From the IMG/VR virus record IMGVR_UViG_3300027820_000030: 64,000 nucleotides of DNA; one strand, 5' to 3'. This document shows, one piece after another, positions 18,505-28,017 of the stretch; position 1 is the stretch's first letter, and each line of letters starts with the position of its first letter. The notes under the pieces are model-generated. The model made no database searches and was not told the DNA's origin. It worked only from the letters and a program-made list of their open reading frames with translations. A program made the translations under genes and the position numbers. The DNA is from an uncultured virus (IMG/VR IMGVR_UViG_3300027820_000030) (taxonomy: Duplodnaviria > Heunggongvirae > Uroviricota > Caudoviricetes).

Positions 18505-19215
18505 TCAATTTGGTAAGTTAAATTTACTTGCAAAATAGGCAGCGCGACTATTCTTGTCGCCGCCAATGTCGGCCTTTGAGGTGGCACGGCCCCCGTTACC
18601 TGGCCCATTTAAAAGCCCGCCGCCGGTTGTAACGACAGTGGTTTTTAGTAATGGTGCAAAGCTGGCATCCTGTTTGATTTCCGCTTTGAACTCTTCCAAA
18701 CTCAATGATGTGGCACGGCCTTCATCATCAAGAAAAACTACTTTTCCGGTTTCCGCGTTAACGTCAATCCGGTCGGAGATAAGGCGCTTAAACGCTCTAC
18801 CGCCTGTGTCTGTTGCCAATTCTGCCGCGAGGTCAGAAACTAACTCATTTCGTTTACCGGCTTTAATCTGGCCGGTCAATTCGTCGAGCTTTCCTGTTAA
18901 CTCATTAATCCGCGATTCGCTGCGGGATTTAAGGTCGTCAATCTGCTCTTGATACTGCTTTTCGATTTCGGCAGCATCACCTTTTGTTCTTGCCTTCTCC
19001 ATAGCTTCCGCTTTAGCCTTTTCGATAGCTTCCAGCTTCTGCGCTTCAAACTCACTTAATTGAGTCTGCGCTTGCTTCCACTTGCTGTCTAAATCGTTCG
19101 CGGTCTGCTTAACTTTCAGCATACCCTTATGGCTAAAACCTTCACCGTCCTCCACATATTGCTCTTTTGCGAAATCCGGTAATTCCTCGTATTGCTCTTT
19201 GGTTAGTTCTGACAT
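18505..19215 (-). CDS. Capsid scaffolding protein
   Basis: Coiled-coil with Gly-rich C-terminus, upstream of MCP. Confidence 0.8.
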   Translation of the reverse strand: MSELTKEQYEELPDFAKEQYVEDGEGFSHKGMLKVKQTANDLDSKWKQAQTQLSEFEAQKLEAIEKAKAEAMEKARTKGDAAEIEKQYQEQIDDLKSRSESRINELTGKLDELTGQIKAGKRNELVSDLAAELATDTGGRAFKRLISDRIDVNAETGKVVFLDDEGRATSLSLEEFKAEIKQDASFAPLLKTTVVTTGGGLLNGPGNGGRATSKADIGGDKNSRAAYFASKFNLPN

Positions 19216-19224
19216 TGGCACGGC

Positions 19225-20769
19225 CTATGTTTCTTGAGGCTCCACGGGAGTCTCTTCTTCTGGGATATTTTGTACCGATTGGTTTACGTTGTCAACTGGT
19301 CGGGCCACCGGTGCGTCTGCGGCTTCCATTTCCAATTCTTCAACGATTACGTCTATCTCTTCGCTAGTCCACCCACCTTTCTCAAGTTGGCGCATGAATT
19401 CTTTCTGGCTGATTTCGCGGTCAATGCGCAATTCACGCAACACGCGAACCTCATCGACAGTCAGTCGTGGCGTCGCAAAGTCGCGAGGCAAGTCAATGGA
19501 TACTTCGCCACTACTGCCTTCAAACACCATGCAATATTCGATGACGCGAATAAATGCACTTTCGATACTGGTCGCCAATGATTCAAGCATAGCATTCTGG
19601 TCGCTGGCATTAATGTCTGCCTCAGTCGCTGTCATGGTGTCAACGTCAGACTTAACTGCCCCACCCATCTCTGATATTTCTTTTTTGTTGTGCTCGAAAT
19701 ACCACTGGAAATCCGACATTTCAGCCGAAGCACTTTTAACGTCTACTGTCACGCCATCGGGGAGATTGTTTACTGAACCTGGACCTGTGGCGACGTATGC
19801 ACGGCCATTGTTTGACTGCTTAAATAACTCAGCATCGCCCTCTTTCCACCCTTCAGTGTAGGTGGTAGGCGCTAAGTTACGCTGAGTCTCTTTGTAAGCA
19901 GCAGACACGCGATAGCGGTGCAAGGTCTTTAAGCAGACAGGGTAAATGTAGCCCATGCCGCACGGCAGCTTATGGTCCTTGATTTTCTCAAGTGACACGA
20001 ATTCAGCAGGGATATACTTTAATGGTGCGCCACCAACCATCACATAGGAGCGTTCACCCTTCTGCTGTTTCTTGTTGCTGTTGTAAATGATTTTCTGCTG
20101 GTAGTAATTGCCTTCGTCATCGAGCGCCAGGATCAAGTAAGATTCAATGTCGTCATGACTCATTGTCTCTTCGTCGAATTCCGTGCCGCGCTCAAGCAAT
20201 GCGAGAAACGCCAACTGCGTCACGCCGTTACGCTTGCCGAATGCCCAGTTAACCACGTTCTTTCGCGAGTAGACTTTAATCTTTGCGCGAGGGTTCGCTG
20301 CGTCTGATTGCTCTTTGCTAACGTCGGTTAGGTCAACATCACCCAATCCGTTATAGTCAGCAGCCACGACACACCAGTTATCAACCAGTGAATCCGATGC
20401 GGCGACCTCCATCAACTCGTAAATCGAACAGCCGTTGCCGTCAGCATCTTCTTCAAGGTAATCAAGCGGAATGTCTGTTGCCGTATCATCTATGCGCATC
20501 TTGCCAAGCAGTGAGCGTAGTGTCTTGGCTGGGTAATCATCAAATTCAGCGCCAGCGATAAATTCACGATAGCGGATAATCGCGTCATCTGTATCAGTGT
20601 CAACCTGTGACGGGTGCGGTAGGTAGGTGTAAGTCATGGACTTAACCCTGTCCTCACCTTGCAAACAATCCTCAGCAACTGACATTTGGAGCGCTGCGAA
20701 TGGATAGTCTGGGTGAGATTCAATGCTCACCACTACCTTTGTTCTAATGCCATTGCTGATAATGTACAT
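19225..20769 (-). CDS. Portal protein (DUF4055-like)
   Basis: 514 aa, YLPHPSQ..YREFIAGAEF; position. Confidence 0.8.
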   Translation of the reverse strand: MYIISNGIRTKVVVSIESHPDYPFAALQMSVAEDCLQGEDRVKSMTYTYLPHPSQVDTDTDDAIIRYREFIAGAEFDDYPAKTLRSLLGKMRIDDTATDIPLDYLEEDADGNGCSIYELMEVAASDSLVDNWCVVAADYNGLGDVDLTDVSKEQSDAANPRAKIKVYSRKNVVNWAFGKRNGVTQLAFLALLERGTEFDEETMSHDDIESYLILALDDEGNYYQQKIIYNSNKKQQKGERSYVMVGGAPLKYIPAEFVSLEKIKDHKLPCGMGYIYPVCLKTLHRYRVSAAYKETQRNLAPTTYTEGWKEGDAELFKQSNNGRAYVATGPGSVNNLPDGVTVDVKSASAEMSDFQWYFEHNKKEISEMGGAVKSDVDTMTATEADINASDQNAMLESLATSIESAFIRVIEYCMVFEGSSGEVSIDLPRDFATPRLTVDEVRVLRELRIDREISQKEFMRQLEKGGWTSEEIDVIVEELEMEAADAPVARPVDNVNQSVQNIPEEETPVEPQET

Positions 20770-20795
20770 AATTAACCTTTACCTGTTTTGCTCCA

Positions 20796-20824
20796 ATTTT
20801 AGCCACTGGTCTAACCACTTACAA
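20796..20824 (-). promoter_or_regulatory. Sigma70-like portal promoter TTGTAA-17-TAAAAT with box (20807-20817) in the spacer
   Basis: Read directly from the minus strand. Confidence 0.7.
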
Positions 20825-21919
20825 GCCCAATCGCTTAAATACTGTCGATTCCTCTTGCTCAAGCTCGTTTAATGTGATTGTGCGGCCTGTCATATCGGTG
20901 AATTTGGATAGCGATAATTTGCCATCGAGAAACAGTTTGGCCCTTGTGGTACCAAGCGATGATTCAACAAACCATCTAGGCTGTCTGCGTAACCATGCCT
21001 CGTGACTGGTGTCACTTCTAACCGTTGTCGGGTCGAATGCGTCTTTGTCACGCTTGCCTCTGTACTTTGGCTTACCATCCGTGCTGGCTTCTTTCTTCTC
21101 GAATGCTTCTTTTGCTGCCGGTCCTGATTTGCCGCCTATGGCAACCTGTTGGCCGGTTAACTCGAATCCTTCTGGACCGTAGATTAGTGTTGAGCGGCAG
21201 TTTGGGTGCAACGGAGGAATCGGTAACTTCGGGTCGTCAGCCTTAAATCGTTTCTTTGAGTTAGTCCGACAAATTAAACTAGTCCTGTTATCCCACACGG
21301 CGACAAATATCGCCTCCTGATAGTATTTAGGATGCGCAGATACGTTAGCCCGCCTTGCCTGCTGTACGTAATGCGTGAAAGCTGTTCTGGCCAATGACTC
21401 AGCGCGGGTTTTCAGTGTACCGTCAAACTCAGCACGTATATTCTTTAGCACCTGGTTGACTGTCTCGGCGCGTGAATAGCCCTGTCGAACCATTGACATA
21501 ATGCGTTGATTTCTTCCAGCGTTATTGCCAGTAATGAATTCATCCCAGAAACCAGCCTGCTTTGACTGCTCCATGACAATCATTTGCTCACCGATGAACG
21601 ATAGAATCTCATTCTTTGCCGGTGGCGTTAGCTCAGTGTTGCGCAGCATGTAACGCACCTCATACAATGCCGCCTCTTGCATATCCTTGGTGTAATCTGC
21701 CCAGCCTGAATTCAACTCGATAATGCGTTGTATGCGCTTCTCGATAGTCTCAAGCTGCTTTGGTGTGCGTGGCAAGCCGCCGTCGATGATGAGCAGCCTG
21801 ATTAGCCGGTACGTTTCCTCTAACCCTGGATAAACAGACGCGTTGATATACCCTGAATTTAACCTATCAAGGTATACCTCGTGCATTAATTGTGCGTCTA
21901 GGTTTATTGTGATTGTCAT
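20819..21919 (-). CDS. Head morphogenesis protein (SPP1 gp7 / MuF family)
   Basis: DNRTSLICR and PPLHPNCRS motifs. Confidence 0.9.
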   Translation of the reverse strand: MTITINLDAQLMHEVYLDRLNSGYINASVYPGLEETYRLIRLLIIDGGLPRTPKQLETIEKRIQRIIELNSGWADYTKDMQEAALYEVRYMLRNTELTPPAKNEILSFIGEQMIVMEQSKQAGFWDEFITGNNAGRNQRIMSMVRQGYSRAETVNQVLKNIRAEFDGTLKTRAESLARTAFTHYVQQARRANVSAHPKYYQEAIFVAVWDNRTSLICRTNSKKRFKADDPKLPIPPLHPNCRSTLIYGPEGFELTGQQVAIGGKSGPAAKEAFEKKEASTDGKPKYRGKRDKDAFDPTTVRSDTSHEAWLRRQPRWFVESSLGTTRAKLFLDGKLSLSKFTDMTGRTITLNELEQEESTVFKRLGL

Positions 21920-23379
21920 TAAAGCCCGTAATGAGTCAGGTTGAACATCTGCGCCTGAGCGATATTAATATCTACATCAAATGTGCCAGCGTCAGCGCTG
22001 ATTGCAAATCGCAAGCTTGAGACACCTTCAGGAACTTCAAGCTCAACACTAAGTGTTGTTGCGTCTACGCTTACCGCTGCCTGTCTCATCATGTATACGC
22101 GGTCAACTGAATTGACGGTAACATCGTATTGCACAAAAACACTAAGCTCACACGAGCCGCTGTTTATGGTATTACTAAACCGCATCACACACAGGTATGT
22201 GTCGCCCTCGGTAACGTTCCAACGGCTAGAGTTAATAAATAACTGGCTATTAACCCAGTTAACTTGCCATGTGTTACCTATTCCAAGCGACGTTTCTGCC
22301 AGTGACTGAGTATTTTGATTTCCGTTAGTGGCCCAATTATTCGGCAGCCCTGCGCCGTATGTTCCAGTTGTAAAGCACCCATTCGGATTCAATATAACAC
22401 TGTCAATTGTGTAATCGTCTATCCTTGGTAGTGGCGTATAGTACCTATTATTTAGGTAGTCATCTGCCAATTTGTAACCGGCTGTTTGTTCTGCTGCTGG
22501 GTCTGGATGGGTTCCATCCGATGATGCGCCACTAACCCATGCGCCGGTCGATGGGTCGGTTAACTCGTCCCATATGCCGAAGCACTTAATTCCTTTCTTC
22601 CTAGCTGTTACATAGTCGTATAAGTTAGCCTCAAAAACATACTCGCTACGTGCAGCTGTATCATGCGGAGGAGCCATAATCATAAGAGGCTCTGAACCTA
22701 TACCGGAAACATAATCCAAACATGTAGCAATGTTATCCCTATGCTCTATAAGCGTAACGCCTGCCGCATAATCATTGGTCGCCTCCATAACAGTTACGAG
22801 CGTGCCGTCTATATCGGACAGCCTTGCAATCATCTGGTTTGTGTTATTACCTCCAACGCCAGCATTAGTTTTAAAAACCACTGCGCCGCCACTGTTTCTA
22901 GCGAACCATGTGCCAAAATTATTGATAGCCTCACTGATTGAGTTGCCAAACACGCATAGCTGTTCCTGCCCACTGTTCAGTTTTGTTCTGACCAAACTAG
23001 CAACCCCGCCACTCGACTTAACTTCGTATTCGCCGTCTGCGGCCTGAACCTTGATAGAATCAATTGACGTAAATGAAACGCCTTTGCCCGAGAAATAACC
23101 AGAAGCCGTTACAGTTGCGATTGAATCAGGCGTTGAGTAATTCCAGATTCTAGGCGTTGCGTTATCGCACTTAGCCATTGCGGTAAGGATATCGCCGTCA
23201 GTGGTGATATATGCCAAGACGCTGCCGTTAGAGCAAACGCAATTGACAGTCGATAATTCTGAACTGAAAGTGTAGCCGGTGAAATAGGTGTGTTGTGATA
23301 CTTCTTCGACAGTGTCGTCTGTTACGTATCTAAATTTAACCGCCGAGATTCTGTCAACGTTCAATGCCTGGAATGCCAT
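21919..23379 (-). CDS. Structural protein: tandem anchor domains + SGNH hydrolase
   Basis: FGNSIS, GVGGNNT, EATND, DGTHP. Confidence 0.75.
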   Translation of the reverse strand: MAFQALNVDRISAVKFRYVTDDTVEEVSQHTYFTGYTFSSELSTVNCVCSNGSVLAYITTDGDILTAMAKCDNATPRIWNYSTPDSIATVTASGYFSGKGVSFTSIDSIKVQAADGEYEVKSSGGVASLVRTKLNSGQEQLCVFGNSISEAINNFGTWFARNSGGAVVFKTNAGVGGNNTNQMIARLSDIDGTLVTVMEATNDYAAGVTLIEHRDNIATCLDYVSGIGSEPLMIMAPPHDTAARSEYVFEANLYDYVTARKKGIKCFGIWDELTDPSTGAWVSGASSDGTHPDPAAEQTAGYKLADDYLNNRYYTPLPRIDDYTIDSVILNPNGCFTTGTYGAGLPNNWATNGNQNTQSLAETSLGIGNTWQVNWVNSQLFINSSRWNVTEGDTYLCVMRFSNTINSGSCELSVFVQYDVTVNSVDRVYMMRQAAVSVDATTLSVELEVPEGVSSLRFAISADAGTFDVDINIAQAQMFNLTHYGL

Positions 23380-23436
23380 GGTAAAATTCCTCTTATGCTA
23401 TTGGTTAAGTTTAAAGCAATTGTCATGGCAAGTAAA

Positions 23437-24675
23437 TTAACCAAACCTCGGTGCGGCTGCTGGTTTTCTGTGCGTCATCAAATGCTCGCAAGCGTAACGC
23501 AGTGAATCAATAAAATGGTTAAACTCATCTACCGGCTTGTTAATCACTTTGCCGTCCTTATCGACCTGCCAGCAGTAGTTATTAAACTCTACCATAAATT
23601 CAACCAAATGCGCATTGACGATTATTTCAAACTCACTGAGGAAGTCTATGCCAGCGTTAATGGAGTCTTTTCCTTTCATTGCGCCACGAATGCGGATGCC
23701 TTTAGCATCAAGGTAATCGATTGACTTAGGCTCTGAGCTATCAGCCGTCGTCATGTGGCGGTGACAGTTCATTTCCTTCATCTTGCTGGCAATGGCCGAA
23801 TTCTGCATACCTTTCTCGTAGAAACCGTCGTACACGTAAATTTTCTTACCCTTGACATCAATGTAAGTCTGGTTAAATGCTGACGGGTCGTTAGTGTAAC
23901 CAAAGTCAAGGCCTTGGACACAGTCAAGCCCTTTAACCTCAGATTCTTTAATCAGGCGAGCCGTGGCGTTATTAAACACAAGCCCTTCTGCTGTACCCCA
24001 ATTGCCAAGCGCATATATGTTGTAATAGCGCGGATTGGTCTTTTTCTTGTTCTCCATAACCATCTTGTATTCATCGTCAATGAATGCGTTATCAAGATAT
24101 GTCGTGTGAAGTGTGAAAACGCCATCTATTGGGTCATCGAAGAATACGCGCTTAATCCAGTGCTGCTCGCTGATAGGATTAAACGTCAGAATAATTTGCT
24201 TGATGTATTTAGTTTCGCCACGCAAACGCAAGTCAAGCTGCTCGAAGTCCTCTTGCGTTAGCTCCGTGGCCTCTTCGCACCATATGCCGGTAACGCCTTC
24301 GATTGACTTTAGTTTTTCAACGTCGTCTAGGCCGCTGAACATTATCTGCGAGCCGTTCTTTTTGTAGGTAATGGTTTTATCAGTCAGGTTTACGTCAAAC
24401 TCTTCTGACAAACCCCATCGGCTTATGATGTTGCGTATGAGCGTAAACACAGACCGTTTTATGGTTCGGTCAACTTTACGTATTACGAGAAAGTTATGCT
24501 TGCAGTCTGATTCTTTGAGAAGGCGATAAACGATTTTGCGTGCGACGATATGTGATTTGCCTGACCCTGCGCCACCCCATAGGATTTGGTAGCGCGACTG
24601 GTCAGTGAATGCCGGTACAAACTTAGGTGACTTCTCCTTTACGTGCTTCCTGAATTTGGCTAGGTCTATTACCAC
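23437..24675 (-). CDS. terL: Terminase large subunit, PBSX / SPP1 type
   Basis: GGAGSGKS Walker A, WCEEATE, GLDFGYTNDPS, NHFIDSLRYA. Confidence 0.95.
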   Translation of the reverse strand: MVIDLAKFRKHVKEKSPKFVPAFTDQSRYQILWGGAGSGKSHIVARKIVYRLLKESDCKHNFLVIRKVDRTIKRSVFTLIRNIISRWGLSEEFDVNLTDKTITYKKNGSQIMFSGLDDVEKLKSIEGVTGIWCEEATELTQEDFEQLDLRLRGETKYIKQIILTFNPISEQHWIKRVFFDDPIDGVFTLHTTYLDNAFIDDEYKMVMENKKKTNPRYYNIYALGNWGTAEGLVFNNATARLIKESEVKGLDCVQGLDFGYTNDPSAFNQTYIDVKGKKIYVYDGFYEKGMQNSAIASKMKEMNCHRHMTTADSSEPKSIDYLDAKGIRIRGAMKGKDSINAGIDFLSEFEIIVNAHLVEFMVEFNNYCWQVDKDGKVINKPVDEFNHFIDSLRYACEHLMTHRKPAAAPRFG

Positions 24676-25106
24676 TCATTTTCACCACTATCTATCACGC
24701 GTTCGGTTACTTCTTTCTTGTCCGCTAACCCTAAATCACGTGCAATAATATTCGGATTAAGCAGGTCTGCCGATGCGCCCTCAAACTTCTGAGCGCGGAT
24801 AATTGACTCTACACGCGTTACGACGTCAGAAAAATCTTCGTCCTTACGCCATGAAAACCACGTCTGTTCGGTTATATCAAGAAATATACAAAGCCCCCCA
24901 ATGGTCATTGCTCGCATCTTTGCCATTGGCTCATGTGAAGCTACACCTTGGAAGAATGAAACCTTATCCTCGTATAACGGGTTTTCTTCTACCCACTGGA
25001 AATATTCTTGGCAAGCTTCCCATAAAGCTTCATGACTAGCGAACAGCTTGTCTCTACCGTGCTTTGTACGTGCTTTCCAGAATTGGTTTCCTTTCGGGGC
25101 TGGCAT
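24669..25106 (-). CDS. terS: Terminase small subunit, P22 gp3-like
   Basis: APKGNQFW..RTKHGR..LWEACQEYFQW..LLNPNIIARDLGL. Confidence 0.9.
   Translation of the reverse strand: MPAPKGNQFWKARTKHGRDKLFASHEALWEACQEYFQWVEENPLYEDKVSFFQGVASHEPMAKMRAMTIGGLCIFLDITEQTWFSWRKDEDFSDVVTRVESIIRAQKFEGASADLLNPNIIARDLGLADKKEVTERVIDSGENEW
24821..24839 (-). other. Candidate pac site
   Basis: GAAGATTTTTCTGACGTCG resembles the P22 pac core inside gene 3 (recalled as GAAGATTTATCTGAAGTCG). Confidence 0.45.
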
Positions 25107-25154
25107 ATCAATCACCGTTAATTAATCAGTCTTAAATATACCACATGATAGGAT

Positions 25155-25181
25155 AAAAAAAAGCCCTGCGGATAACAGGGC
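25155..25181 (-). terminator. Intrinsic terminator upstream of terS
   Basis: GCCCCTGTTATCCGCAGGGC followed by a long T run on the minus strand. Confidence 0.65.
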
Positions 25182-25420
25182 AACTGGAGGGGAAGAAACA
25201 AAATGATTTAATCACTCACACCATAGCGGGTTAGTTGTGTGGTGTCAATCATTAACCACTAGCGGCTGATAACTAACACCTACCGGTAACTGCATAAAAT
25301 CCAGCTCGTATTCGCTATACATCCATTGTTGAAATGCGTATTCGGCTTCCTGGAGGTTTCGTGCGTCGAATATGTCTACCGAATACTCCTTACCGCTGAT
25401 TGTTGTGGATGCGCGGTAGT

Positions 25421-26269
25421 TCATAACAGGCCGCTCTTGAATATGTGAGAAACTACATTAACCGTCCACCCGTTTCCAGAGAGAATTTCAGCTTGACGCT
25501 GGCTTACGCAGTCAAAATAATCGCCTGGAGCGCCAACTATGAGAGCCAATGACCTTTTACCCGGCTTAAAATACCTCCCATTTGCATGGATAAAATTCCC
25601 ATTCCAGCTAGCGTACTGCCTTGCTGTCATAGTTATCCCTTTTGAGCCTCCCTTTGCGATTTTTGAATATTTCTTGGCCTCCTGGAATTCGCTATTCTTA
25701 TTCCACCACTCCACCCACCCTTCAGACATTTCAACATAATCAACAATATAGCTTAGAAATGATGATTTATCTTTGTAGAACTTCCCGCCGTAATCCCAAT
25801 TGAACCAGTAATACCTAGGTCTTTCACATGGGCTGTAGTCTGACGAATTAATAAAAACAGGCTCAACACCTAATTTATCACTTATAACCGCAAGGTATTC
25901 TTTTTTCATCTTCACGTTTTCAAGCATGAATTTAATGTCAGGATTAACGCTTTTGATGTGATTCAGAATATCAACGTAAACGAAAAACAACTTACTGCGT
26001 GGGTCGTCAAAGGCCAGCTGCTTGCCTGCAAAGCTAAACCCCTGGCACGGTGAGCCACCAATTAACAAATCAATCGAGGCCCAATCAATATCCCATTCGC
26101 GCCACTTGGTAACATCGCCCAGCTGAACCGTGTCAGGATAATTCGCCTGAGTTACTTTAATCGCGTATTTATCCACCTCTGCCGCATAATAAACATCTGG
26201 CTTAATTCCAATTCTATTCAGCGCAATCTGGCCGCATGATAAGCCGTCAAACAAACTTAATACCTTCAC
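25421..26269 (-). CDS. DNA cytosine-C5 methyltransferase
   Basis: VLSLFDG, GGSPCQGFS, ENV, RPRYYW, GNGW motifs. Confidence 0.92.
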   Translation of the reverse strand: MKVLSLFDGLSCGQIALNRIGIKPDVYYAAEVDKYAIKVTQANYPDTVQLGDVTKWREWDIDWASIDLLIGGSPCQGFSFAGKQLAFDDPRSKLFFVYVDILNHIKSVNPDIKFMLENVKMKKEYLAVISDKLGVEPVFINSSDYSPCERPRYYWFNWDYGGKFYKDKSSFLSYIVDYVEMSEGWVEWWNKNSEFQEAKKYSKIAKGGSKGITMTARQYASWNGNFIHANGRYFKPGKRSLALIVGAPGDYFDCVSQRQAEILSGNGWTVNVVSHIFKSGLL

Positions 26270-26432
26270 GACAACAACCCCCATCCAAGCATAAATAGCC
26301 ACACAGCCCACCCGAATCCCATCGCAACAACATTACCTTTCGTCTGCTCGATATATTCACCCCATGCAAGTTCAAGCGATGCCCATGCTATACCGGCGAA
26401 TGTGACTACCATGTATGTGTAATAGAATTCGT

Positions 26433-26798
26433 TCATTCTGCCTCCTGCATCATTAGGTAGCAAATCATGGCGGCGCGTAACTTATTGCCACCATGAATAT
26501 GCGTCATCCCTTCCCATCTTGAGCATTCAGATGCACCAAGCCCGACGTTAAAATCGTAAAGACAAACCTGCATTAGTGTTGGCCAAATTTCCTCAATAAT
26601 AGACCAAGCGTCCTCTGGATGATTGCAATAATCAACACCGTGAGAAATAAGATTTCCATATTTGAACGTCTTATACTCAATGCTTACAGCACTATCACTA
26701 ACCGCCGGGCAGCTGCCATCGCCAACAATCCACGTATACGGGCGCAACTCAGCAACCCGCTTATTAATCTCAAAATCTGACATTTGTTCGTAGTTCAT
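26433..26798 (-). CDS. NinX / DUF2591-like protein
   Basis: MSDFEINKRVA...DYCN.PEDAW.II...LRAAMICYL. Confidence 0.7.
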   Translation of the reverse strand: MNYEQMSDFEINKRVAELRPYTWIVGDGSCPAVSDSAVSIEYKTFKYGNLISHGVDYCNHPEDAWSIIEEIWPTLMQVCLYDFNVGLGASECSRWEGMTHIHGGNKLRAAMICYLMMQEAE

Positions 26799-27076
26799 AC
26801 CTCACCCCGCGCTTTTGCTAGCAGTTGCTCAACCTCGTCATGGCTAAAATCCTCCATGCCGTAAGGTTGCGTTAACTTTTCAAGCATCGCATACATATCC
26901 GGTGCCGCTGCTATTAGGTGGGCGTTACAGTGAGACTCTTCGCTTATGTTGCATCCTGTATGGTCTGGGTCAAATCCCCACACTGTCCCAACAGTACCCG
27001 ACATTGAATTAATTTCAATTAAGCCTCCTTCGTCATTTACCGTCCACTCGCCTTTCGTAAATTTAGCCTCACTCAT
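26795..27076 (-). CDS. Conserved small phage protein
   Basis: KFTKGEW...NAHLIAAAPDMY motif. Confidence 0.7.
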   Translation of the reverse strand: MSEAKFTKGEWTVNDEGGLIEINSMSGTVGTVWGFDPDHTGCNISEESHCNAHLIAAAPDMYAMLEKLTQPYGMEDFSHDEVEQLLAKARGEV

Positions 27077-27261
27077 TTCCTCGCACTCCAACTCTTCTTA
27101 GCCTTATGTATCGCCGTAAATGCTTCGATATTATCGTTAACCACGCGATACGCGTATTGCGGGTGACAACCTACCGCATTGGATAGTGACAGCACCGTGC
27201 GATGTTTACCCGTTTTAGCCTCTGCGATGATTGCAGGTGCTATTGTGCCGTATCGTTTCAT
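27073..27261 (-). CDS. Small HTH-like protein
   Basis: LSNAVGCHPQYAYRV; ATGA coupling. Confidence 0.5.
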   Translation of the reverse strand: MKRYGTIAPAIIAEAKTGKHRTVLSLSNAVGCHPQYAYRVVNDNIEAFTAIHKAKKSWSARK

Positions 27262-27573
27262 TACTCTTCCTCACAGTCCAGTATCTCGGCGCCGTACCAA
27301 TAACTGTCAACGTACTGTGCTTTCGCATGTGCCATTGCTTTGGCGTCATCCGCATTATCAGCCTCAACCCACAATTCATCTTCCATCATCATTTGTGTTT
27401 TTACTAAATATTTCATACCCTACCCCCATTCTCTGCGTATTTGCGCATAAGTTCTGGATGATTGAAAATCTCAAATGCTACCTTGTGCGTTTTCAACCCA
27501 GTTACCTGCGCGATTTTAATGTAACTCCGTGCGCCGTCTTGTAGTGCGGCGCTCACTTTACGGTAGTGTTTGT

Positions 27574-27978
27574 TCATATGAAGTCAGACCAATCATAACC
27601 AACCGGCATTTCTTCCGACATGACGATATGGCTATAAATTTCATCCATGGCGACTTGGTTAAACTTACGCTCCACCATCCCTGATGTTGACTCATCCGCG
27701 AACGACTTTTCTACCAACTGACGCGCAAATGTATCATCTTCAATCATCGAGCCGATGACAGTGTAATCAGACACAATATGCGTATTCCCGCAGTAACGCC
27801 AGGTCAGCGTTTTCTGGTCTGCAACGCGCTCTGCCAGCTTCTCGGCGATATACCATAGATTTTCATTGCTGATGCTGTCATAAGTCATTGGCGTTGATTC
27901 TGGCTTGTCTGGTAGCTGTCTGTCGTATGCGGTTTGGTGTTGCTCGAAATTCATCTTCATTTCCTCCATTAGTTTCAC
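27574..27978 (-). CDS. Acidic hypothetical protein
   Basis: First gene behind a box promoter; GGAGG RBS suggests a start near 27960. Confidence 0.65.
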   Translation of the reverse strand: MKLMEEMKMNFEQHQTAYDRQLPDKPESTPMTYDSISNENLWYIAEKLAERVADQKTLTWRYCGNTHIVSDYTVIGSMIEDDTFARQLVEKSFADESTSGMVERKFNQVAMDEIYSHIVMSEEMPVGYDWSDFI

Positions 27979-27980
27979 CC

Positions 27981-28016
27981 ATTATAACGGGTTAATTTTG
28001 TTTTGTGGTTTGACCA
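27981..28016 (-). promoter_or_regulatory. TGGTCAAACCA box + 19 bp + TATAAT
   Basis: Perfect -10, conserved spacing. Confidence 0.8.
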
Positions 28017-28017
28017 G

